NCBI GenBank assembly: GCA_964234715.1
Contig: OZ174281.1
DNA: 64,000 bases
Source of the DNA: Podarcis melisellensis
Taxonomy: Eukaryota
Reading direction: 5' to 3' (one strand)
Made by a program: the position numbers and the translations under genes. Of this stretch, positions 50,854 through 63,900 are shown one piece after another. Under the pieces are notes generated by a model. It ran no database searches, was not told the origin of the DNA, and saw only the letters and a list, made by a program, of their open reading frames with translations. Every line of letters begins with the position of its first letter. Positions within the stretch are counted from its first letter, which is position 1.

Positions 50854-51302
50854 TCAGCTACTGGTCCTAAGCAAGACAGAAGATTGAGTCCTACAGACTC
50901 AACTTGTTCTATTATCCCCTGTAGATAACAGATAATAGAACGAGTTGAGTCTGTGGGACTCAATCTTCTGTCTTGCTTAGGACCAGTAGCTGAGCCAACT
51001 TTTGGTCAGCTTGGATATTTGTCCCTCATTGAAGTGGTCCCATATAGTCCCTGACACCGCATACTAGGAGAAGTTCCTTCTCTTCCATACTGTGACACAA
51101 GAAGAATCCAGCACTGATGGATTCTGAGAAAATGGTAAATGAAGAATCCCTGATTGGTTGCTAGTAAGCTTGCAGGCTTTATTTGGCTTATTTATTTGGC
51201 TAATCAACTAAAGTTAGAGTTCATTAATTGGTGGTCTCTGGTGAAAGTGTAAAAGCTTTAAGCAACCTAAATTCTTGTGCACGGGGGCTACAAAATGTGA
51301 TA

Positions 51303-51528
51303 CAGTGGTACCTCAGGTTACATAGGCTTCAGGTTACAGACTCCGCTAACCCAGAAATAGTACCTCAGGTTAAGAACTTTGCTTCAGGATGAGAACAGAA
51401 ATCGTGCCCCGGTGGTCCAGCGGCAGCAGGAGGCCCCATTAACTAAAGAGGTGCTTCAGGTTAAGAACAGTTTCAGGTTAAGAATGGACCTCCGGAACGA
51501 ATTAAGTACTTAACCTGAGGTACCACTG
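51303..51528 (-). mobile_element. Tigger-type MITE
   Basis: TA|cagtggtacctcaggtta...taacctgaggtaccactg|TA, perfect 18-bp TIRs. Confidence 0.92.
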
Positions 51529-53064
51529 TACTCAGTATTTCTTATGCGGTCACCAATAGACCTCTGTTCTGTTAGGCAGCTTTGTCTATTATTAAAACCA
51601 TGCAAGTGCCAACATTATGTAAAGGCAGCTTTTTGTTTAATGAGTTTACAGGATGTATTTTAAGAAATGGCACCAGATGTGACAACAGTGCCCGACAAGG
51701 AGAAACAGGAAATCTAGGTAATCTTTGATTTGAAAGGGTGACTCAAATATTAAACCTGGAGCAAATAAAAGCGACACTTGACATCTCTCTGCAGGGTTGC
51801 GTGCCCATTGCATGAGTCAAGGCAATTGCTTCTTGAAAGTTAGTGGAAGGCCTGCTCTATAAAAAAAATCCTTTGCATTTCATCTGATATGGAGCAGCTG
51901 GAAGACAGGGCTATCAGTAAATCCTCTGTAATATTTAGAGCTCGTTGCTGAGCCCTTATAAATGTGTCTCGGTGATGTACAGCAGACAGGGATACTCGAG
52001 CAGGAAGTGCATGTCTGGAAGGTGCCACGGTTTAATCTTTCATTGCAGTTGATGTTGGCAGGAATTCTGATTCTTTCCTTTTAAAACTAAAGCTGCAATC
52101 CTTCTAGCTTGTCCTCGATTCACGCCCCATTCACTTTAAGGTAATGACAGGCAGAGAAGTCTATTTCCAGCCTGTGTCAGTTTTGCATGAGTTCATTCAT
52201 AAAACTGCTCTCTTATTTTTGCATCCATCTACAATTTTCTTTAAAAAAACATGGGGATCTGCATTATCTTTGAATGCATTTTCCACAAAATACATATTTT
52301 CATATGTTTTCTCCAAAAATATGCATTTGTGTATGCATTTTAACCTGCTTTATGCATTAAAACACACATTTCTATGTATGCATTTTGGTGCTTTTTTAAA
52401 AAAACCCAAGACTGCAAATTCAGAGCAGTGTAAAAACTGAACGCTAACTGCTTTCTGATCGATGCATTAGTTTGGGAAGTGTGAATCAGGTCAGTTGACT
52501 TTTTTAAAAAGCCAAACAAAATTGTTCAGCATCCTCACTTTTAGGTTGCTCTAACTAGCAGGAGCTTGTGTGGACTCTTATTTTCCATTGCAACTCTTTA
52601 GGAACATTTTCCTGGTATTCTGATTACTAGTTTTGGTGTGTTCCTCATCCCTTGGTAAAGATCCGGTTTTCTAATGGCAGAGAAGGAGTTCCAAATGAAT
52701 TCATTCACATATTACTCGAAAGCAGAATTGCAAAGGCTATTAGTCCAGCTGCCCACCAAGATTTGTAACTGTCTTATATACAGCATTAGCTTTTGGAAAG
52801 CTTCCCTGCCCAGTTAGTTGGAGACTAGATATGTGACTGTTTACAAGCTTAGTCTAAAGGGGTGTGCTTTGTTACTGGTTTGAATCCTCCTTGAAAGAAA
52901 AGTAGTTTTGGATGGGTGGGATTATGCAAGCAGATGAGATACCACTGAACGTGCTACTGAGATTAGTTCCATCAGACCTGCACAGTGTGTAAGCTCTCTG
53001 TCAGGGGCTTGATCAGATCCTGAAGCAAATGTCATAGTCATGTCTCACTTCACTCTGGACGCCA

Positions 53065-53222
53065 CTCCACAACAAAATGCCTTCATCTGCCCCAGCTGCA
53101 ACAAAACATGTCTCTTGCATATTGGTCTCTACAGCCACAGCAGGCGCTGTAACCTTCCAGCAGTTTTTCACCTCCAGAGGTGCACTGCTCCATCATCTCC
53201 CAAGACAGACAGATGCCAACAA
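53065..53222 (+). mobile_element. RTE-clade LINE 3' end
   Basis: FICPSCNKTCLLHIGLYSHSRRC, then a ...agacagacagatgccaacaa tail. Confidence 0.75.
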
Positions 53223-56161
53223 TTCCACTCTGCCATTCAGCTTTCTTAACTCAGCTGCGGCCTGTAGCACCTGTATGCCACAGCACCAGGTTATGGGCTG
53301 ACCCGAAGTGGGATTTGATCCAGCAAGCTTCATGTGAAGGGGCCAGAGGAGCAGCAGAGCATGGTTGCTGTTGCCCAGCCAGGGAAAGTGGCACATATCA
53401 GAAGATTGTCCATATAGGTCAAAGGGAGAGAAATAGATAGTCTGCACAGAGAAGACTAGTGCCTCCAGATGTCTCTTCTTCCATCTCATAGGAGGTACCC
53501 AACAGTGAATTTGGAGCTTGCTTGCTTCCTTGATGGGACTCAAAAGCAGAGATGGACTCAATGAAGGCCAAGAGATGGACCAAGAGACAACTGTTGCAGA
53601 CTTTGTGGAGCAAGATTCCATGAATGAAGGGATACTGTTTATATGCAGTGATGGCTGCCATGTGAGAGCAATGCTGGATCCTTGTAGGCTGAAATGAAGA
53701 GCCTGTGACCTTCCAGATGTTGCTGGACTCCAATTTCCACCAGTCCAAGTCCAGATGGACAATGGTCATTGGTGGTGGGAGCTGTGGTCTAACAATGCCT
53801 GGAGGACGTAGGCAAGATGAGTCTAAGCACTGATCTCACACACTGCGAATGGTTCAAAGCCAGGTGGCTTATGAAGTCCTTTGTGCGCTGCTATATGTGG
53901 CTGCTGAAATGTGTCCAGTTTAGTGAGTTGCAGATTGCTTGATTAGAAATGGTGTAGATAAATTAGGATCTTTATCACAGCGGTTATCTTGGGTGTTGTT
54001 CTGTTGCCTATACCACCATTTTCCATGCCTGGAGAACTGGAAATATCCACGCTAGGGCTTTTGGCATTGAGACAAACTTGGATGGCTCACTAGCTACATC
54101 CTTCGACCTCATGCTTTTGCATTGTGTATCTTTGTCTTTGCTTCATGAGCAATCGCAAAAGGTTATTGCTGTTACGTTTGTTTATTTTAATGTATTTATG
54201 TACCTTCAGCGGTAATACCTGGGCAGTTCGCAACAGTACGTTACAATGCTGATAAAATAAACACATCAAAATACATCACGGTCCACAGTAGACTAGCTCA
54301 GCTCTGTATTAACAGCCCTCAAATGCCTGAGTGAACATATGGGTCTTTAGCAAACATTGAAAGCCTGGGTTGAATAATTCTCTGCAGCAACATAGGAGGT
54401 GCTGTAGGGAAACTAGCACTGAGTGGTTTAAACAATCAATCACAGGGAATGCTGGGGCTTGCAGCTCTGTGGGAACAGGGGGTCTCCCAGCAGCTCTCAA
54501 CACTTTTAACCAACTACAGTTCCCAGGATTCTTTGGGGTAACCCGTGACTGTTTAACACGGTATGATATGGCTTTAAATGAACAGTTTTCATCACGTAGA
54601 TATGTTAGGAGGGGGGATTACAGGTACAAAGGAAACCAAAGGGGTTGTTGTTGTTGTTGTTTTGCTGCCCAGGCCTCATTGAGGTAGAGTCTACAGCTGT
54701 CATGGAACAACGCCAAACCTTGAAGTTTCTTTTAACAGGCTGTTAGCAAGGCCAATATGATTACACTTAAGGGAAAAGTTTGCTGTAACTCTAGAGTAGT
54801 TAGGAAAAGCTCTGAAAACAAGAAAGGAAGGGAAACCATCTTCAAACCCATTATGTTGGGCAGTTTTTTTAAAAGGATAATCTTCAATGCTTTCATGTTT
54901 TTCTTTAAAAAATACCTAATTAAAAAAGGATTTTTAAAAAATCTGTTGTGCCTTCCCTCCTCATCTAAACAAGGCAGCCTCTCATCTTAGATCCTCATCC
55001 TCAGGAGATCAGTAAAACAATCTTTTAAGTATTTAAGGGAGCTTGGCCTAGTGAACAGTTGAGCTCTAGGTTTCCTTGACGTCTAATGTGATGAATATCT
55101 TTCCTTCAACTGGCGGCACCTGTCCCCAGCAGATTAAGTGAACCGCTGTGCCTTCTCTCCCTAATACAGCCCATGCTTACAAGTGTTCTGTGTGTCTTGG
55201 CAAGGCTTGGGAGTTAAAAATATTCCATCTAGCATGATCTCAAAGACCCGTATTAATAGCAGAGGGCCAAAATATCTACAAGGCTTGTGGCTGCCCTGCA
55301 AATGGGCAAGTCCAGCCTTCTCGCAGGATTTTTCCATACAATCAGCTCGTGGCAAAAGTGAGTGCTTGTTTATTGATCTTTGCACGCACTACAGATAGTT
55401 TTCTTCAAGAGTGTGGCGCTTGCCTCATTTCCCCAGCACCGGGTGTGTTATAATTTGTACATAAGAAAGCACAGTCCTTGTCCTATGTAGCATTGCCATG
55501 TGGAAATGTAGATGTCTAAATGTCACAGGCCCCTCCAGGACAGTGTTCGAAATTAGCCAGGCGCCAGGTGCGCTTTGCACCACTTTTGACCAAGCGAAGA
55601 TGCCTGGGCGCCTGACATCTCCACCATCTGGGGGTGCATGCCTGGGGATCATTGGATCTGGACTGCTTTCACACACTAATACCACATCCTGTAGAATTCC
55701 ATCAGTTATATTTTATCTGCACAATCAGAATGAATTTCAGGAACCAACATGCTTTTTCTGTGCAGCCTGAACAGGAGCAGTCAACCTTAAGAAGGAGAGG
55801 TTGGAAGAGGCCAATAGATAGACTGGACCAAGTGACTTTTCTTCTCCAAGTTCTCAAGCTAGCTCAATGTTGTCATTTGAACTAGCCAGACGTTTAACTG
55901 AGAATCAATCCCAGTCAGTATGTTGTTTGAAAAATAAGACTTTTGAGTTGTCTTTCCCCAAAATGGCAACTAGACATTCCATTTTGGTGACTGTAACCTT
56001 GGTTTAAGGAGTCCTTTGCTGCCTAGCTTATATATCTGAGTTTCTATCACTGTTCCAGGGGGGTGGTGATATAGCCTCTCTTAGGATTTAGGAACATAAG
56101 GACTCTGCTGGATCAGGTACATCTACTTTAGCATTCTGTTCTCACCAGCCAGATGTCCATA

Positions 56162-56356
56162 GGAAACGTGGTAGGAGGAAGGCACGCTTGGCAAATCCAC
56201 ACAGCGATCAACTGCCGCCCGGTAACCAATGTCCCCACTGTGGAAGGATGTGTGGATCCAGAACTGGCCTCCACAGTCACTTACGGACTCATTGTTAAAA
56301 CCGTGCTTATGGAAGACAATCTTACTCGGCTATGAGTGATCGCCAAAGAAGTCGTC
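56162..56356 (+). mobile_element. RTE-clade LINE 3' end
   Basis: Encodes RKARLANP...CPHCGRMCGSRTGLHSHLRTH (C2H2-like); 7-bp TSD gtccata at 56155-56161 and 56357-56363. Confidence 0.82.
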
Positions 56357-59124
56357 GTCCATAAGCTGTACCTTAGCACAACACCACTTTCCCTGGAGGC
56401 CAGGTGCTTCTGAATGCCTGTTGCTGGAAACTGCAGGAGGGCAGAGTGCTGTTGCACTTCAGTCCTGCTTATAGGCTTCCCACAGGCATCTTGTTGGGCT
56501 GCTGTGAGAACAGGATGCTGGACGAGTTGGGCCATTGGGCTGATCCAGCAGGCTCCTCTTACATTCCCTGCTTGTTATTCTTGCAACTGGTATACAGAGG
56601 CATATGCTGCCTTTGGCTCAGGTAGAACACAACCATAATCACTAGTAGCCAACAATGGACTTCCCCCTCCATGAATTTGTCTCTAACCCTCTTTTAGAAC
56701 CACCCAAATCGGTGGCCATCTCTTTTCTGGATTGCCCACAAAGCAAATGAAATAAAAGCACAACTTTAAAGAAATGTTAATTTAGCTGTTAACAAATTCT
56801 TCATTCAACTGAAACACAATTTGTAACTCTGTTATTAAGTGTCCTGTATACAGCGCCATTGATGTATGCGGTGCTTTTTAATAAAAGTAACAAAAAAAGG
56901 CAAGCCATTGCCATGAAGAGCTGGTACTCTTAAGTTTTGATGGGGAAGGAAACAGTGGGAGGCAACGAGAGGAGGAGGGCAAGGTTAAAAAAGGGATGCA
57001 TAGGTGTGAGTACTGATGTGCAAATGAAACAGTAGAATTCTGAGGTGGTAGAATGGATTGTACCAGTTCAGGACGCGGGCGGGGTTCACAATTCTTAAAA
57101 AGTTGGCGGAAGGACACAATTAGCACTACAGGGTGTCAGAACCAGACTAGAACCTTTCTTTCAGCTATGTGGTTTTTTGTTTTTTTAACTAGAAGGGAAT
57201 AATTTTATATGTGGGGTGGCATTCAGACTGGTGACCCTTCCAGTAGTCAGAAATAATACAGTCCACTTCTATATCACGATGACGTCATTCTGGTTTCATT
57301 TTGATTGGGGAAAAGAAGTGCAACTCTGCAATACAAGCACCTTGGGCTGTTGAAAATCTTCTCTTTCATACACACTTCCCTCTCTTTCCCTCCTCTCTTG
57401 CATCCCAGTTCCTGCCAGGACATTTCCAGTTGACAAATCATCTCCTATTTTTCCGAAGGCAGGAGGGAACCTGGTTACTTGTTCACTGTTTTGAACTTGA
57501 TTCTAAAATGTTCTCATTTGCTAAGTGACTTCTACAACCCTCTCTCCAGTTTAGCTGACTTCCAACTACCGGTATGTCGCTTAATCTGCAGAGAGAGGAA
57601 CAGGGGAGTTGTTTCACAAAATCAGTTTGTGCCTTCTCCCCAAAGCAGCAGATATCTATGTGGGGGTTTGTGGTTCCAAGAAGCTTTTGAAAGAGGTGCC
57701 TACAAAGTGAGCGCTCATCAAGCTGTTTGCAAGCAGCTAATTCCCTCTGTGCAAATACGGTGTGTTTTGCTGCCGCGCAGTTTCCATTAAATAAGCACTG
57801 AGCACCATAAACCCCATGCTAACGCAGCAGTTGCTGCTGGCAGACATGGTAAGGCAGGTCAAAGAGACGTCTCAAGGCAGGTGATTAGAGTGATGTCATG
57901 ACTGGGGAATGCTAAGGCCATTGCTGTATCCACTTCTCTTCAGGAACTGAAACACCACTCTGAAAAGAAATGGTCTCAAATTGACTGACAAAAAAATAAT
58001 GGATGGCTTGAATAAGCCTTTGTTTGAATCCCTCGCTGGAAATGATCCTTTGACTGAATCTCTCATTAGAAACGAGGTTTTCAGTCAGGGTTGTTCGCAG
58101 TGCAAAAATTACCTCAGGGGCTGATTCAAACAGTCAGTTTTTCATAGATCTAATCTGCTCTAGACATTCAAAGCAACTGTAGTTTTTGAAGGGTGCTAGG
58201 AGTTGTTGGGAGATCCTTATTCACCTCACAGAACTACAATTCCTTGGGAAGAGGAATTGACGGTTAAACCGCTCTCTGAATTGAAGTCCTTTGAGGGCAA
58301 TAGGGGTCTCTCAGCACCCTTAACAAACTACAGTACCCAAGATTCTTTGGGAGAAGCCATGAATGTTTAAAAACGTTCAGTCATGATCTATAAATTATAG
58401 AATAAATAATATCACCCGGGGCAGAAAAAGCACTTCTGCAAATCAGCACCAGAGATGTTGTGTTTCTCAAATCAGTCTTGGCCTGAACCACAACAACTTT
58501 AATCTTTAGTGAACGTGACGTAGGAAATGCAATGTTGTTGACTCTTTGGCATAGATATATATCACTGTTTCATACGGCATTCTTTGGTACTTGGTAATGG
58601 TTGCTCTAGAATGAAGTGTAAAGTAACATTGCTGACTTTCTGACATAGTCTTGCAGGCGTGGCTTGGCTTGGCAGGAGGCACAGAGCCACGCCAATAGCC
58701 TCCTGGCAGCGGTGCTGTTGTGGTGAGTGGCACCACACCCACTCTGCACAGCCCTAACCACTCTGCAGCCTGCCCTTCCTGGTAAGTGGCACTGCTGCCT
58801 GGAGGCTGTTGCTGTGGCTCCATCCCCCTGGATGAGCTGCCCCTGTAGTCTTCCACTATTGCTTCATATACCTTTGATGCTAACTGCTAGAAACAAAAGA
58901 TTATCCTAACAGCTGTTTCTAGACAAACAGCTGTTAGGATAGTTCTTTGTTCCTAGGCTCTGCAGGATGAAATAGCAAGTTTACAGGCATGTGCGTGCAT
59001 GCACACACATTTCTAAAAGGATACTAACTTAGAATCCCTGCTATGCCAAGTCAATGGGTGGATTTAGCTGACATAATTCAGTGGAGGAGGTAAATTCTCC
59101 CCAGAGGCACTGTCTTCTTCTTCT

Positions 59125-59156
59125 TGATGATGATGATGATGATGCAGATGATGATG
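59125..59156. repeat. (GAT)n microsatellite
   Basis: Interrupted GAT run next to (TTC)n. Confidence 0.85.
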
Positions 59157-61179
59157 CACATTTTAGGGCCAAGACGTGACACCGAAAACAGATTCTGAGA
59201 CTAAGCCAGCCTTGTATTTAAGCACTCACCTTGTCACCAGTGGTAATGAATTGCATTCAGACCCGTGCAATGTAATCCATGCCAGTGAGTTAATGGACTG
59301 GTGGGAGGGAAATGTGGCACTCCATCCCTTCTCTGTACCCAGCATAGAAACCAAGTAGGTGCCAGTGGAATGTGGCGCTCTCTGTCCCTCCCTTACTAGC
59401 ACATTAGTTGTTTTTAATTCCACACGGAGGGACTTTTGTTTAACTTATAATATTGCAAGCTTAGTAACTTTTGTGGGCTTATTAAGGTGTGTCTCATAGT
59501 TAAGTCCTGGTCAAACCTAGTACAAATTGATTGTGCAGTCTCCTAAATCCAACACTTCTTATTTTATTATTTGAAATGTCTTTTTGCAAAATGCTGCCCT
59601 ACCAAGTACTCAAAGCGTAGCCCAGCAATCTGAACCATGGTGCCATAAAATGCTCAGATCACATAAACACAGAGAACATGGAAAAAATTCAGGCAAGCAA
59701 TTAACAGTTGTCGTTTACACGAAACCTCCATCATAGCCCATGCCTTTCAGCCTTTGGTAAGCAGAAAGAACCCCCCACTCCTTCTTCATCCAGAGTTGGC
59801 AAATAACTCTCACAGTAATGAGTCTATTCACCAGGTCGTTCGTGTTCACATGTCCTTCCTTCCAATTAAGCTGCAGTCCCAGTCTCCATTGAGAAGGAAA
59901 ACAATAACAGCAAGCAAGATGTATTCCAGAAATATTCTCCCTCTGGCTCATTATTGTTTTTATGCTGTGGTTCACATGGTGCTGAAAAAGTCAAAGGCTT
60001 TGGTTATGGTGAAAGCAGCTTAGGCTTGTTTGTTCTATATGGACAAGGCATGTTAACATCAAAGGGAGAAAAACATCTGCCCTATTTGAAGTTTGGTTGT
60101 GAACCATATTTCCCCCCCATTTGAACACCACTTTTTTTTTTTAAAAAAAGTGCCCTCATTTCACCCTTGGTCGCATCATGCCCCAGTTTCTTGCAGCATG
60201 CTTTTCAAACCAAAGTTTATTTTAGAAAAGCAGGCCTCTGAAGAACAACTTGCAGTTTCATTTTAACTATACAGAGGATGCAAAACTGGCTGTGTCTCTA
60301 GTGTGGGGGGTACTCTTGTTCAGTCTTCACATTTGAAATTTCTCTTACCTCTTTTAACAGAAGGTGAATACACCCTCAGTTGTGGGATATGCTCTTATTT
60401 TATGTGCTTGCTTTTTTAATGGTTCAGGGGTGCACATGCATCAAAGAATACCCTGGTCCACATATCCATATTTTCAAAATTTTCCAGATTACCAAATCAA
60501 CGAAGTTCTACTCAAAATAGACCCATTTAAATTAGAAGACCAAAGTTAGTCTATTTCCATGGGCCTATCCTGAGTGTGACTTAACACTGGATATAACTCA
60601 GCGTAATTAGATTTGGCTCAATCTTATCCGCATCTACTTGGAAGTAAGTCCTAATGAGCTTGCTAGGGCTTTCTACATTTAGGACTGCAGCCAGTAGCTA
60701 CAAGAAAGTAAAATAAATAATTACAAATAGATCTTTCAATTTAGGACAAAATCAAGAGGTAAGGCCTTTTTCTCTGTGTCCCAGAGGTTCCAGCTGCCAG
60801 TGCTGGTTGTCTTCCTGCTCTCTGGTGCTAGCCTTAGTCTTTACTATGGAGGGGGTAAATGTTTCACTTTGCTACTGAGAGTGACACTAAGGAGCCTCTG
60901 GACTTTAATGACCATGTGAGGCCTGGAGGGTGAGTGGATGCAGAGATGTAGCTAGGGGGCAGGGGGTGTGTGCACTGGGCACCACTCACCCAGGGGGTGG
61001 CATTTACTGTGGGGCTTGCAGTGCGCCCGAGCCACGCATCTCTCCTGGGCGTGAGACAGTGGCTTGGGCGTCTGCATGCTCCACGCTGTCAGAAACGGCA
61101 GCGTGGGGCTTGTGTCTGCCCGCTGCCTCCCCCTCAGCTGCCCTACAGTTACCTGAACTTCTATTTGTTGTAGTTATGG

Positions 61180-61409
61180 GTAGGTAGCCATGTTGGTCTG
61201 CCGTAGTCGAAACAAAATAATAATAAAAAAATTCCTTCCAGTAGCACCTTAGAAACCAACTAAGTTTGTTATTGGTTTGAGCTTTCGTGTGCATGCACAC
61301 TGTTTCAGTGTATCTGAAGAAGTTTGCATGCACACGAAAGCTAACACCAATAACAAACTTAGCTGGTCTCTAAGGTGCTACTGGAAGGAATTTTGTTTTG
61401 TTTTGTTTC
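61180..61409. mobile_element. Penelope-like element terminal fragment as an inverted repeat
   Basis: ~90-bp inverted arms (61209-61300 and 61322-61409) containing ccagtagcaccttag...gctttcgtgtgcatgcacac and CTGAAGA...GAAA. Confidence 0.75.
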
Positions 61410-62274
61410 TGTTTGTTGTGTTTGAGGTGTTTCATTCACACATCCAAGTCATCACTTGATAACTACAATGTATGTGTGAGTGTTAAATTATCCATTTTAT
61501 TACCTGGCCAAAGGATTTCTCCTGGACAGAAAGCGTAAGAGGAGTGAACCGTTGTTTTTGCAGTCCTGGTTCTATTGCAGCAGAAAAGTCGTCATCTTTT
61601 ACTTACCACACATAATGGTTGAGAACAGTCATGTATCTCAGCCATTTGCATTTATATCTGTGGTTATTCATCAGCTTTCAGGCTTTCTCAGAAAACCACT
61701 AATTGAAGAGTCCTTCTACCTTGAATATGCAGTAGTAAGAAATGATTCACTGATGTGTGACTGATGATTATTCTAAGGAAAATCCCAGAGTTTTTATAAG
61801 ATGTCTCTGTGGGAGTAACTGAATGCTTTCATTTTTACACCCAAGCTCTCAGCTGAGCATTAATTGGTTTTTGATCTCGATGGCAGTAGGGATCCATTTT
61901 AAAGGAGAATTAAATGGTGACACTCTTAAAAAAACTTACCTCCCACAGCAGCAAAGACTCTCTGTGGCAAAGGAAAGCATTTGGAATTCAGGAGTTAACA
62001 TGATTATACATCAGCAATCAAAATGGGGGGCGGGGCGGTTTACTGTGCTGGCCCCACAAGAAAATTTCCAAAATAAGAAGATACTTAATTTAAAAGCAAT
62101 CCGTACTATTTCTTTTTCTTTTTTTAACCTAGGGGCAAATAGCACACAATTGATTGGTGGAATGCCTATCTTGCAACTATAAAACAAGTTTGAAATAGGT
62201 TGGTTAGCTGGTTGGGAAGTCATCCTGAAATGTACTTCGACACATGGTTGGACTTCACCCTTGTGGCATCCATG

Positions 62275-62421
62275 CAGTGGCGTAGCATGGGTTGTCAGCA
62301 CCCGGGGCAAGGCAAGTAATTTGTGCCCCCTAACCCGTGGATTTGCGCCCCCTAACCCTAACCCCCAGATGTTGCGCCCGGTGCGGCCAGCCCCCCCTGC
62401 ACCCCCCACGCTACGCCACTG
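62275..62421 (-). mobile_element. GC-rich hAT MITE, same family as 18912-19080
   Basis: TIR cagtggcgtagc/gctacgccactg; TSD catccatg/catctgtg. Confidence 0.88.
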
Positions 62422-62859
62422 CATCTGTGTGCTCTGGACTGCAACAACCATCATCCTTGGTCATGCAGGCTGGGACTGATGGGAGTTGTACTCCATCTGG
62501 ATAGCACCAGCTTAGAGAAGGGTGCTACACACTGAGCTCTCTCTCCCCCCTTCTGCCCACAGCATGGTAATCTGCATCCACCCATAGTTTTGACCAATTT
62601 TTGACAAGGTTCATGATGTGTGAAAAACAAGTTGTGGTGAGTTTCTATCTCGCCTAGTCTTACTTGGGGGTTCATTACGCTCATAGGCGATAATTTATGG
62701 AAAGAATAGTTTTTATTTTGCTTTCAAAGTGTATCAGCTTACAATGAAATATATGTCGGATGAGCTGAGAAGGTGTTTATCAGAAGAGGTAATTCAGCAA
62801 GCCGCATAAGAGGGGCTTTCCCCGCCCACATCACCTCTTTCCCTGAAAGTGAGTCACTG

Positions 62860-63100
62860 CAGAGAGCACAGGCCTTAAGAGGCAGGTTTCTAATCCAGCT
62901 CTCCTCATTCAAGAGGACTGCAGAGAGCCCCGCAAAGATCAGGACCCTGGGCAGGCAAGCAGCATTGAGAAGAGCTGCCTGCCTGCCCAGCTCACCCTGG
63001 GAGAGGGGCCATCCTGAGGGGCCATACCAAAGGGAGTCATCGCTTTGGGGGTTGGCATTTCAGGGGTGGGCCAAGGACATGGACCAGCCCCCCGTGCCAA
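62860..63100 (+). mobile_element. L2-like fragment
   Basis: Starts after the L2-like 3' segment gcataagaggggctttc; similarity is weak and degenerate. Confidence 0.3.
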
Positions 63101-63209
63101 GTTATTAATTTAATGGGGATGGGGTTTAAACATGGGGGTGTTTTAAAGTGTTATAACTTGTATTTGTATTTTTAGTTTACCCTTTTACATTAGTTAAGTG
63201 TTTAAGTTA

Positions 63210-63427
63210 CTGTGGTACCTCTGGTTACGTATTTAATTCATTCCAGAGGTCCTTTTTTAACCTGAAACTGTTCTTAACCTGAGGTACCACTTTAGCTAAT
63301 GGGGCCTCCTGCTGCCGCCAGAGCACGATTTCTGTTCTCATCCTAAAGCAAAGTTCTTAACCTGAAGTACTATTTCTGGGTTAGTGGAGTCTGTAACCTG
63401 AAGCGTCTGTAACCCAAGGTACCACTA
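63210..63427 (+). mobile_element. Tigger-type MITE
   Basis: Same family with slightly degenerate TIRs. Confidence 0.85.
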
Positions 63428-63640
63428 TATTTTGTTTTAAGTGGGGTGGGACAGGGCTCCCTGGAAGTCCAAGTATTGCTCTGCCTTCCTTTGGACCACA
63501 TCAGCAAGGCCGAGGGAGGGGTCTTGTCATCTGGGTAGCTCAGGACTGCCATACACACTGCCCATGCTTGCGCCCCAGGGAAGTCACTGTGGTGCTGCTA
63601 ACGCAGCGGTTTGATTTCACCCCTGGAGCTGCACTTCAAG

Positions 63641-63900
63641 GGAGAGAGCCAGTGTGGTGTAGTGGTTAAGAGCGGTAGACTCGTAATCTGGTGAACCGGG
63701 TTCGCGTCTCCGCTCCTCCACATGCAGCTGCTGGGTGACCTTGGGCCAGTCATACTTCTCTGACGTCTCTCAGCCCCACTCACCTCACAGAGTGTTTGTT
63801 GTGGGGGTTGAAGGGAAAGGAGAATGTTAGCCGCTTTGAGACTCCTTTGGGTAGTGATAAAGCGGGATATCAAATCCAAACTCCTCCTTTTCTCCTTCTT
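63641..63900 (+). mobile_element. Squam3-type (MIR/Ther1-derived) CORE SINE
   Basis: gagagccagtgtggtgtagtggttaagagc tRNA-like head, CORE gctgggtgaccttgggccagtca, L2-like tail and a CTT-rich end. Confidence 0.85.

Noticed and set aside
53193-53762. 189-aa minus-strand ORF
   Set aside because: Spans MITE and RTE remnants, has a non-ATG start and no domain-like features.
60340-60549. Acceptor-like site followed by VNTP..., superficially like NEDD9 exon 3 (VITP...)
   Set aside because: The downstream translation lacks the GHGYVYEY and YDxP motifs of exon 3; coincidental.
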